Source: a virus (taxonomy: Duplodnaviria; Caudoviricetes). Taken from it: 39,147 nucleotides of DNA. The position numbers were made by a program, and so were the translations under genes. This document shows positions 1 to 8,400 of the stretch, piece after piece. Numbering within the stretch: the stretch's first letter is position 1; every line of letters starts with the position of its first letter. Where the stretch lies: positions 1 through 39,147 of IMG/VR virus record IMGVR_UViG_3300030376_005278. One strand, written 5' to 3'. The notes under the pieces were generated by a model that saw only the letters and a program-made list of their open reading frames with translations, made no database searches and was not told the DNA's origin.

Positions 1-829
1 AGCAATTAGTCTTAAAGAAAATGGGACGAGGTACGGAGTTATTACCCAATCAGGCATGGGGCTAGGTACTGCAAGTCCAGCAAGCCTCCTACATTTATAC
101 TCCTCTGCTCCTGTGCTAACTATCCAAGATGGTGGGTCATGGGGTACGAATGCTACTGGTTACATTGAGCTAAAAGATGGCAGCTCTACCATGAGCATGA
201 TTGGTGTTACTGGCACTGCTGGACATCTAGATATTCTGCATAAAAAAGCAGGGTCAATTAGGATGTTCACCGATGATGCGGAGAGGCTAACTATTAATAA
301 TTCAGGTGTAACTGCCAACACTGGATATATAGCCACATCAAATTCCACAAATGGATACATAGCAGCAAGAACCTATCTACAGTTAACAGCATCTACCGCT
401 CCTTCGAGTGGATCATACATAGGTAAATTATATGCCTATGGCAATACTGGCGCACAGTTGAACTACAAAGACGGCTATAATACTAACCACGCATTACACT
501 CCGCTTCTGACTATAGACTAAAAGAAAACATAACCGACTACTCCAGTGACGATGCAGTGTCACTTGTTAAAGCAGCACAAGTAAAACGATTTGATTACAT
601 TGAAGGTTCGGAAGTTGAAGAGAACAGAACTAACCGTGTCGGATTCCTAGCACATGAACTGCAAGAAGCAGGATGCGATCTGGGTGCAGTAGTTAGTTTA
701 GAGAAAGATGCGGTGGATAATTTAGGTAATCCTAGAATGCAATCGGTGGATTACAAAAATCTTGTGCCTGTGCTTTGGGCAGCATTGCAAGACGCATTGA
801 AGAGAATTGAGGAGTTAGAGAATAAATAA
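1..829 (+). CDS. Tail fibre C-terminal part with peptidase S74 intramolecular chaperone (5'-partial)
   Basis: Frame is open from position 2 (AISLKENGTRYGVITQSG-MGLGTASP). Fibre motif GLGTASPASLLH, S74 cleavage motif SASDYRLKENI, GFLAHELQ, and C-terminal coiled coil (LVPVLWAALQDALKRIEELE). Confidence 0.85.
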   Translation, partial: AISLKENGTRYGVITQSGMGLGTASPASLLHLYSSAPVLTIQDGGSWGTNATGYIELKDGSSTMSMIGVTGTAGHLDILHKKAGSIRMFTDDAERLTINNSGVTANTGYIATSNSTNGYIAARTYLQLTASTAPSSGSYIGKLYAYGNTGAQLNYKDGYNTNHALHSASDYRLKENITDYSSDDAVSLVKAAQVKRFDYIEGSEVEENRTNRVGFLAHELQEAGCDLGAVVSLEKDAVDNLGNPRMQSVDYKNLVPVLWAALQDALKRIEELENK

Positions 830-927
830 TGAAAAAATACGACTTATTCATTGTGATGGGACTAGCATACGGTAGCTCAGTTTTAGCATTGGGCTTGATT
901 GTAGTGACAATTTTGAAATTAATTTAA
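829..927 (+). CDS. 32-aa single-TM membrane peptide (MKKYDLFIVMGLAYGSSVLALGLIVVTILKLI)
   Basis: Not in the ORF track. Exactly fills the gap, with TAATG stop/start overlaps at both ends; one hydrophobic span. Confidence 0.6.
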   Translation: MKKYDLFIVMGLAYGSSVLALGLIVVTILKLI

Positions 928-1316
928 TGGCGGGAACAGTACAAAACATATTTGATTCGTTATACACGGCAGTGTCACAAGCACAACGCGCCGTGGAAGA
1001 AGAACAATCTAGACGGTTTTTAGAAACTTATTTCGATAAAGAAGGAAATCCAAAAATCGTCAAGATGGTTCTTAATGACAAAGAAGTTGAAGTTCCACTT
1101 GTCACATTAGTTCCACACAACCCTTTAAAGATTGCAGAGTTAGACATTGATTTAGAAGTCAATCTCGATCACGATGGAGAGAAAGCATTAGGATGCCTTG
1201 GTAAATTAAGGAAATCTAAAATGGCTGGAGTTAAAATAAAATTTACTGGCACTAACCAAGCTGAAGGTTTGGCAAGAGTTGGTGACAATCTAGTAAAACT
1301 AATACCTACAATATAA
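927..1316 (+). CDS. DUF2589-like protein, short paralog
   Basis: Motifs AVSQAQ, VEVPLVTLVPHNPLKIAELDIDLEV and EGLARV; aligns by eye with the next ORF. Confidence 0.7.
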   Translation: MAGTVQNIFDSLYTAVSQAQRAVEEEQSRRFLETYFDKEGNPKIVKMVLNDKEVEVPLVTLVPHNPLKIAELDIDLEVNLDHDGEKALGCLGKLRKSKMAGVKIKFTGTNQAEGLARVGDNLVKLIPTI

Positions 1317-1320
1317 TATT

Positions 1321-1947
1321 ATGGCAGGAGAAGATGATAAACAGTTGAAGGATTTTCAAGGCTTACCTTTAGCCTCGCTAATCGGCGATCCACTTATTCA
1401 GAGCGCACGCGCCCAGTCTAAATTAGCTGGCGTAACTTTGGATTTTTGTAACCAGTTTGGTTTTATGCCAGACCCAGATGACCCCAAAAAGACGATTACA
1501 AAAACCGTCGATGTTGAGGTAGAGCAATTAGTTAAAGGTCAGTTAAAGCCTATAAAGCGAACAGTTAAAATGCCGCTTTTATCAATGGTTACAATACCTA
1601 ACCTTTCAATTGACGACGTTAAAGTCCATTTTGATATGGAAGTTAAATCGCATAGCGAAAACACCCAGTCATCTGAAAACACACAAACTGACCATTCAGA
1701 AACCGAAGCACACGCTTCAGCTAGTGGTTCATTTTGGGGGGTAGGATTTGATGTTGGAGGTAGCCATTCTAGTTCACACACTGGAACCGTGACTACTAAC
1801 TCAAGCAATACTCGGTCAACAGATTTTTCTGCAAGATATTCAATTGATGTTGAAGCTAAACAAAATCCACCCGCTGAAGGAATGGCAAGGTTTACTCAAA
1901 TGCTAGCTTCGACAATTGAACCCGTAGATACACAAGCAAGTACTTAG
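1321..1947 (+). CDS. DUF2589-like protein, long paralog with Ser/Thr-rich insert
   Basis: FQGLPLASLIGDPLIQSARAQ, MPLLSMVTIPNLSIDDVKVHFDMEVKS and RSTDFSARYSIDVEAKQNPPAEGMAR match the DUF2589 pattern as I recall it. Confidence 0.75.
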   Translation: MAGEDDKQLKDFQGLPLASLIGDPLIQSARAQSKLAGVTLDFCNQFGFMPDPDDPKKTITKTVDVEVEQLVKGQLKPIKRTVKMPLLSMVTIPNLSIDDVKVHFDMEVKSHSENTQSSENTQTDHSETEAHASASGSFWGVGFDVGGSHSSSHTGTVTTNSSNTRSTDFSARYSIDVEAKQNPPAEGMARFTQMLASTIEPVDTQAST

Positions 1948-1949
1948 TT

Positions 1950-2240
1950 ATGGCAGCAAAGAAAAAAGATTCAAGGTTAACAAAAACAGGAGTTAGTGGT
2001 TACAATAAACCAAAGAGAACTCCTAGTCATCCAACTAAGTCGCACGTTGTTGTGGCTAAAAGCGGCGACCAAATTAAAACTATACGATTTGGACAACAAG
2101 GTGTTAGTGGTTCGCCTAAAAAAACAGGAGAAAGCAAAGCTTCAGCAGCAAGGCGAAAATCGTTTAAGGCAAGGCATTCAGATAACATATCTAAAGGTAA
2201 AATGAGTGCAGCTTATTGGGCTAACAAAACTAAATGGTAA
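1950..2240 (+). CDS. Small basic phage protein
   Basis: Lys/Arg-rich. KTIRFGQQG...RRKSFKARH...SAAYWA motif is recurrent in aquatic phage hypothetical proteins. Confidence 0.75.
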   Translation: MAAKKKDSRLTKTGVSGYNKPKRTPSHPTKSHVVVAKSGDQIKTIRFGQQGVSGSPKKTGESKASAARRKSFKARHSDNISKGKMSAAYWANKTKW

Positions 2241-2244
2241 TTTT

Positions 2245-2403
2245 ATGGCAACAAAGAAAAAAGGATTATACGCAAACATTCACGCTAAACGGCAACGTAT
2301 TAAGGCTGGTAGCGGAGAAAAGATGAGAAAACCGGGCGCAAAAGGCGCACCAACAGCTAAAGCATTTAAACAGTCTGCTAAGACTGCTAAAAAAAGAAAG
2401 TAA
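2245..2403 (+). CDS. 52-aa basic protein (MATKKKGLYANIHAKR...)
   Basis: ATG at 2245, 4 nt after the upstream stop; highly basic. Confidence 0.7.
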   Translation: MATKKKGLYANIHAKRQRIKAGSGEKMRKPGAKGAPTAKAFKQSAKTAKKRK

Positions 2404-2407
2404 CATT

Positions 2408-2515
2408 ATGCCACAAGGAAAAGGAACATACGGAAGTAAAGTGGGTCGTCCACCGAAAAAAGGAAACAAAAAACCTAGTAGTAAAAAATCTGCTATAAAG
2501 AAAAAGAAATATTAA
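2408..2515 (+). CDS. 35-aa basic peptide with AT-hook-like GRP core (MPQGKGTYGSKVGRPPKKGNKKPSSKKSAIKKKKY)
   Basis: Not in the ORF track. Fills the gap between 2403 and 2517; no acidic residues. Confidence 0.65.
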   Translation: MPQGKGTYGSKVGRPPKKGNKKPSSKKSAIKKKKY

Positions 2516-2516
2516 T

Positions 2517-2939
2517 ATGAGCAATACTTATAAGCTGGTTCGTTTTGAACCACGTTGTTTAAGCGACAACCAAGATTGCTGTTGCGAATTGGTAATCGGC
2601 CTCACCGGAGAAGATGGTGAAGGTAATTCTGCATACATTGATGGAATCTGGAAACCAGAAGAAGGCACAATGCTAATGCTTAACGATTTAACTTCTGAAA
2701 AATCTTCAGAAATAGTTAATCAGTTTGCTGCCGATAATAATTGGTGGAGTAGTTTGGATTCACAAATAGAAGCTCAGAAAGCTCAACCCGTGAATGCGGA
2801 AAACTTTGAAGCACCAGTAGTAACTTTGGATACAACAATAGAACCAACGGTAGTTGAAAATCCTGATTTACCAGAGCCAACTCCAGAACCTATTGAAGAA
2901 GAGGAAGAAGAAACAGAAGATACTGAAGACACAGAATAG
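2517..2939 (+). CDS. Hypothetical acidic protein, possible tail-fibre assembly factor
   Basis: Tightly packed ORF; CCC motif, LDSQIEAQKAQP, Glu/Pro-rich tail. Function is a weak inference. Confidence 0.55.
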   Translation: MSNTYKLVRFEPRCLSDNQDCCCELVIGLTGEDGEGNSAYIDGIWKPEEGTMLMLNDLTSEKSSEIVNQFAADNNWWSSLDSQIEAQKAQPVNAENFEAPVVTLDTTIEPTVVENPDLPEPTPEPIEEEEEETEDTEDTE

Positions 2940-2940
2940 T

Positions 2941-3369
2941 ATGGTAGATAAACCTAAAGAATTCTTAGATGCTTGCAACGGTAACAAAGACGCGGTTCGT
3001 TTTTGCGACGTGTTTGTTGACCATTGTCATGTGTTAGACGACATTATTGATGAAGATAATCCAGTAACCGACGAAACGTTAATTAAGTCTCAACTGGATA
3101 TGATGTTAGAACTGACACTAAATCCATTTTTTGTAGCAAATAAAAGCTACTTAATGCCGCTCATTGTGCAATCATTCAATGCGTGGCTGGATTCAAATGA
3201 TTGGGAAGATCATGCAGACGAAAGATTTCAGAGAGGCGCAGACGTGTTAAAAGGTTTTTATCACGAAGTTGTCTATGGGGTTATTTATTTATGTAGCGGA
3301 TTTGAAGGGTTGCGAAAAGCAACTAAAGAAAACCGTGAATACGATTTTGATTTTAAAGAGAAAGATTAA
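2941..3369 (+). CDS. DDxxD-motif helical protein, isoprenoid synthase/prenyltransferase-like
   Basis: ATG at 2941 directly after the upstream stop. HVLDDIIDED resembles the first Asp-rich motif of class I isoprenoid synthases. Confidence 0.6.
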   Translation: MVDKPKEFLDACNGNKDAVRFCDVFVDHCHVLDDIIDEDNPVTDETLIKSQLDMMLELTLNPFFVANKSYLMPLIVQSFNAWLDSNDWEDHADERFQRGADVLKGFYHEVVYGVIYLCSGFEGLRKATKENREYDFDFKEKD

Positions 3370-3371
3370 AC

Positions 3372-4205
3372 ATGGGATGTTGTAAAAAGAAAAAAGTAAA
3401 AACGCAAAAGCAAGATTACGCGCAACAGATAACAGACATTACAAGAGCGCAAGTTAAACTGCGACCTGAGTTGTATGAAGCTGAAAGCGAATGGCGACCA
3501 AAAGAAACTCAGTTAGACATCGACATTGCAAAGATGTCTACGCCGCAACTTTTGGACATATATGATACTGCTCAATCAAGACTAGCGGGCATGGATCGGA
3601 GAACCCAACGAGAACAACGTGAGGCGGATATTTCTGCTATTGAAGAATTTGGAGGTCGTGCTAAATCTGCAATTGACGCTGCAAATCCAGAACAAGCAGC
3701 ATTACTATCATCACTCAATCAACAAGCTCAAGACGATCTTGCAATGGGTGGAGATTTAAGTAGTTGGGAACGCCGAGAACTTCAACAATCAGCCCGCGCT
3801 GGACAAGCAGCAAGAGGTATGGGGTACGGAGTGAATGATGCGGCTATTGAAAGTTTAGCGCAAATGCAAGGTGCAAATGCAAGAAGACAACAAAGACAAG
3901 GGTTTGCTCAGTCAATGGTGCAATTAAATAAAGCAACTCAAGCCGATCCGTTTATGGCAATTCTTGGACGACCTAGTAATGTAAGTCCAGCTATGGCTGG
4001 CGGGGTGGTTGGTCAAGCTAGAGGATTCAATCCCGGTGCAACTTTTAATCCAGAGAGTGGTTTTGCTCAAGCATTATACACTAACAATCAACGTTCACAA
4101 TTAGCTGCAAGTCAAGCGAACGCAGCTAACTCTGCGGCAAGATTTGGTGCGGTGATGGGAGGACTTGGCGCATTAGGCGGAGGCATTTTAAGTAGACCTA
4201 GTTAA
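3372..4205 (+). CDS. Internal virion/DNA ejection protein (small)
   Basis: Gln/Ala-rich helical protein with C-terminal glycine zipper FGAVMGGLGALGGGIL; first of three genes of increasing size, as in podovirus ejection modules. Confidence 0.65.
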   Translation: MGCCKKKKVKTQKQDYAQQITDITRAQVKLRPELYEAESEWRPKETQLDIDIAKMSTPQLLDIYDTAQSRLAGMDRRTQREQREADISAIEEFGGRAKSAIDAANPEQAALLSSLNQQAQDDLAMGGDLSSWERRELQQSARAGQAARGMGYGVNDAAIESLAQMQGANARRQQRQGFAQSMVQLNKATQADPFMAILGRPSNVSPAMAGGVVGQARGFNPGATFNPESGFAQALYTNNQRSQLAASQANAANSAARFGAVMGGLGALGGGILSRPS

Positions 4206-4237
4206 AAATTAACACATCAAATTAAAGAAACAAAACA

Positions 4238-5398
4238 ATGGCAAATTATTTTAGAGGAGGAGGAAACGTAGGGAGTGTAGTCCCACAAGGATTTTTAGCG
4301 TCTGTTAATGCGGCAAATCAGAACATGATGCGTGGCGTTAATCAATTTGCTGAAGGTATTTCTGAAGGCATTGAAAAGTATCGTAAAAATAAAGAAAAAC
4401 GAGAAATTCTAACTGAAAAAGGCGAATGGGTTGCAGAACGAAAAATGGAAGACCTTGCAAATTGGGTTGATGCAGATCCACAACGAATGGACACTAAAGA
4501 GTACGAAGAAAAACTCAAAGATGTTCAAAAATTTAATGAAGGAATTGCGGATATGCCTTTAGGAAAATTAGAATCTGCAATTTCTAATTACGCTTTAGAT
4601 ATAGAAATTGATGAGCGAAGACAAAGCCGACTAGACACAGAAAACTATCGAAATAAAACTCTCGAACAAACAAACGAAAGAATTAATTTAGCAGAACGAG
4701 AACTTTCAAATACGGAAACTCAAAAAAAGGAACAAAAAGAACAAGAAGACGCTTTTGTAGAAGGAATGGGACGACTTAGCGGAGTTCCAACTACTGTCAC
4801 AGAAGAGGTTCCCGGTTTCAATGCTTTGCTCCCAAGCACATGGTTAGAAAAATCACCTAACGCTACTGCTGATGCTAGTGCAAAACCGGCGTATAAGTGG
4901 ATACCCCCAACAACGAAAGAACGAACTTTAACTCCACAAGAACGATACGCAAAAATACAAGAGATAGAGCAAACGTTTGGCCCTAAAATGGGAGCCGAAC
5001 TATTGAGTAAATTTAGAAATGTTTCGACTCAATATGATCCAAACGCACCATCTCCAATTCGTGAAACAGAAGGAAAAAGTGGTCAAGAATACTATTACAA
5101 TATTCAATCTAAAGCATCTGGATTAGTGCCAAACAAAAACGCCATATCTTCCACAGAACGTGCCGGTCTGCAAAGGATAGCCGCTAATAAAGAAAGAGAC
5201 GCGAGAAAAGAACAGGCTAAAGCTAAAGAAAACCTTGGTAACGCAATAGATGAATTAGTAGCATTGAAAGAAGACTCAGTTCCAGAAGAAGGTAAGATTA
5301 AAGCGGCAGAAAAGAAAGTGGCGCGACTTCGTGCTGCATTGGACGAAATAACTGATCTTGGTGTATTCCGACCCCTTGAAGATGCTTTTGTTAAATAA
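4238..5398 (+). CDS. Internal virion/DNA ejection protein (middle)
   Basis: Charged coiled-coil-rich 386 aa; synteny between the small and large ejection genes. Confidence 0.55.
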   Translation: MANYFRGGGNVGSVVPQGFLASVNAANQNMMRGVNQFAEGISEGIEKYRKNKEKREILTEKGEWVAERKMEDLANWVDADPQRMDTKEYEEKLKDVQKFNEGIADMPLGKLESAISNYALDIEIDERRQSRLDTENYRNKTLEQTNERINLAERELSNTETQKKEQKEQEDAFVEGMGRLSGVPTTVTEEVPGFNALLPSTWLEKSPNATADASAKPAYKWIPPTTKERTLTPQERYAKIQEIEQTFGPKMGAELLSKFRNVSTQYDPNAPSPIRETEGKSGQEYYYNIQSKASGLVPNKNAISSTERAGLQRIAANKERDARKEQAKAKENLGNAIDELVALKEDSVPEEGKIKAAEKKVARLRAALDEITDLGVFRPLEDAFVK

Positions 5399-5422
5399 CA
5401 ATTACAAAAAGAAAAATACATA

Positions 5423-8400
5423 ATGCCAGATATTTTAATTGAAGGAATTGGCAAAGCGTCTTTTCCAGACACAATGGGTCGTGAAGAAATTGCTGAAGTT
5501 ATTCGTAGAAAATTTGCCCCACAGATTGAAGCACTAAAAGAAGAACAGCGTAGAGAAGAATTTGAAATTGCCCAAGAAAAAGCACAGAAAGAAGCAGACG
5601 AACAAGGGTTTGTTACAAGTTTTTTACAAGGGATTGGCCAAGCAAAAGATGATTTTTTACTTGGTAAAACTTTATTAGATTTACAACCCTACGAAGCAAA
5701 AGACCTTTTAGAAAAAGAATATCAAAAATGGAAAAAAACTCCTCAAGCAGAAGAAGCAAGTTTGTTAAGCTCTAGGGGTTTTGGAAAAGCTTTAGGTGAA
5801 GCTGGAGTAACTATTGTCCCAACAATAGGTGCGGGACTTGGAGCGGGCGCAGTGTCCACTCCGTTAGGTGGGTTAATTACCGCTGGAGCTACTGCGTCTG
5901 GAATTCAAGCAACTTCTTCAAAGGGCGCAACTTTTAAAAACGATTACATTAATTTAAGACACCAGCAAGATATGGCTGGAAAACCAAATTTAGATGCCGC
6001 TTTTGAAACTGCAAGAGACACCTCTAACAAAGCCGCTATGATTGCAGGAGGCGTAGCAATTGCATCAACGGCTGTCCCGGTGGGGAAATTAATTCCAGTA
6101 GGTTCTAGTATTAGTGGAACAGTAGCAAAAAAAGTTGGTGCGGAAATAGCATTTGATTCTAGCCTTGGCGCAATGGAGTCTGTGGCAAGCGACGTGTACG
6201 CAGAAAGCCAAGGTGTTGACAGAGGAGATATTTTAGAAAACGCACTTCGTAGTGCTGCGGCTGAAGGTTTAATAGGTGGGCCGTTTTCTGCTGTACGAGG
6301 ACGAGCATACTTTAAAGAAACATATAAGCAAAAAGCAGATGAGTTTGTAAAAGATCGTTTAGCTCCACCAACTCAATTAGCTTTACCCGCTCCACCAGAA
6401 AGACTTGCACTCCCGGCTCCAGACAGTCCCGCTGCGTTGTTAACTGGCCCTAGTTTAACTGATCCTGACACATGGCAATCTTCCCGCAGTTTTCCTGACG
6501 TAGCAGAAGTTCCTCCTATGATTGTTGACGGGCCTATTATTGACGTAAAAACTGGAAGGCTAATTGACCCATTGGATGCTCCAAACGCACCAACAGCGTT
6601 ATTAGATAGCCGTGGTAATGTCATTGATTTTGGAGATCAAAATGATGCTGGTAGGCAAGCTGCGAAAGATGTAGAAATTCAAATTAAAAACAAATTAAGA
6701 GAAGAAGCTTTTGAAACCGATGAACGTATTGCAAACAAACGGACTGAGCAAGAAGATGGGAAATTAGGGTTTCAAAGAACAGCAAAAGATTTTGAAGATG
6801 TAAAACCGCGTGATCCAGACGTAGATGCGCCAACTCCAAAAACTGAACGAGAACTAACGCCTACATCAAAAACAAAAGCTCCCACAACACGAAGCTATCA
6901 AGAAGGCGTTGAAGCAATATTTAAAAGCGATGTTGCTGAACAAACAACAGAAACCACTCAAGCAAAAGAAACAGACTCTTTTCGAGAAGGTTACGATGAG
7001 ATTTTTAGAAAAGAAGAAACTCAAAAAACAGAAGAAACTACTGAGACTAGAACTGAAGAATCTACAATTCCAGAATCAGAATCTAAAATTAGTGAAGGAG
7101 AACAATTACTTTTAGATCATAAAAAAATAATGAACGAGCTAGGTAGTCGAGTAGGTTCTGGAGTTGATCCAATCGCTGCTGGAAAAGCCGTTTATAGTCT
7201 TTATAAAATGGCAGCATACTGGAGTAAACAAAATGTTAAATCTGCATTTGAATTTGCAAAAAGAGTAGGCGTAAAACTAACTAACGGCATTCGTGAAATT
7301 TGGAATGACACTATTAAAGGAATAGTTCGCACTCCTTCAGAATTTTCTAAAGACATAATTGATTCAGTTGCTAAAGAAAGTGAGAAGACTAGAAAAACAG
7401 AATCTAAAAAAACATTTGGACAATTGGTTGATGAAAAAATATTTGCAGCAAGAGCAAAATTCAACCTTCAAGACCCAGACTCAAACGCAAATAAAGCTAT
7501 TCGGAAATTAGTAGATAGATTTGTAGATTTAAAAATGCTTCAAGATGCTATTGCGGCTGGAAAAAAGATCCCAGACACAATGAATGCGTATCTGCGAATG
7601 GAACATCTTCAAGATCGTGTAGGGTTTTTGAAAAAAGAATTAGACGAGACTGAACTTGAACCGTTTTTAAGTGAAATGCAACGTCTTGGAATCAGTAATG
7701 AAGATTTGCACGATTATCTTCATGCTCGTCATGCGCCAGAAGCAAACAAAAGATACGCTGACATTAACGAAGCTATGCCAGATGGTGGGAGTGGTATGAC
7801 CAACAAAAAGGCAAGGGAGGTTCTGGCGAAATTTGAAACCGATGGAAAAACAAAAAATCTTCAACAACTAGAAGTTCGCATTCGTAAACTACTCCAATCA
7901 CAAATAGACATGGAACTTGAAGGAGGGTTAATTGACAAAGCTAATCACGAAAGATTGTCTACTTTTTATAAAAACTATGTTCCATTAAATCGGGAAGGCA
8001 CACGGTCTGATCATCTTGAAAGTGGTAATCGAGTTTTCCGTGGACATCGTAAACGAAAAGGAAGCGATAAGAAAGTAGTAGACATTCTTTCAAACATTTT
8101 CCATCAACACTACAACACAATTGAACAAGTTGAACGTAACCGCGTTATGGCTTCGCTTGAACAATTAGTTACAAAATTTAAAAACAATGTGGTAGCTCCA
8201 GCTAAACCAAAAATGCGTCCGCAGTTTAATAACGAAGGACAAGTGGTTAGCCAAGTTGACCCACGTTGGAAAGATGACCCTGAGTTAGTTTCGTATTTCA
8301 TTGCTGGGCAAGAGCGATATCTTCGTGTAACAAATCCACATCTTGCAAGAAATTTAAACAACGTTGGTTTTGGTTCATTAAACAAGCTAGTTCAATGGAT

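Noticed and set aside
2854-2940. Track start 2854 for the DDxxD protein
   Set aside because: Overlaps the upstream gene by 86 nt; the ATG at 2941 follows its stop directly.
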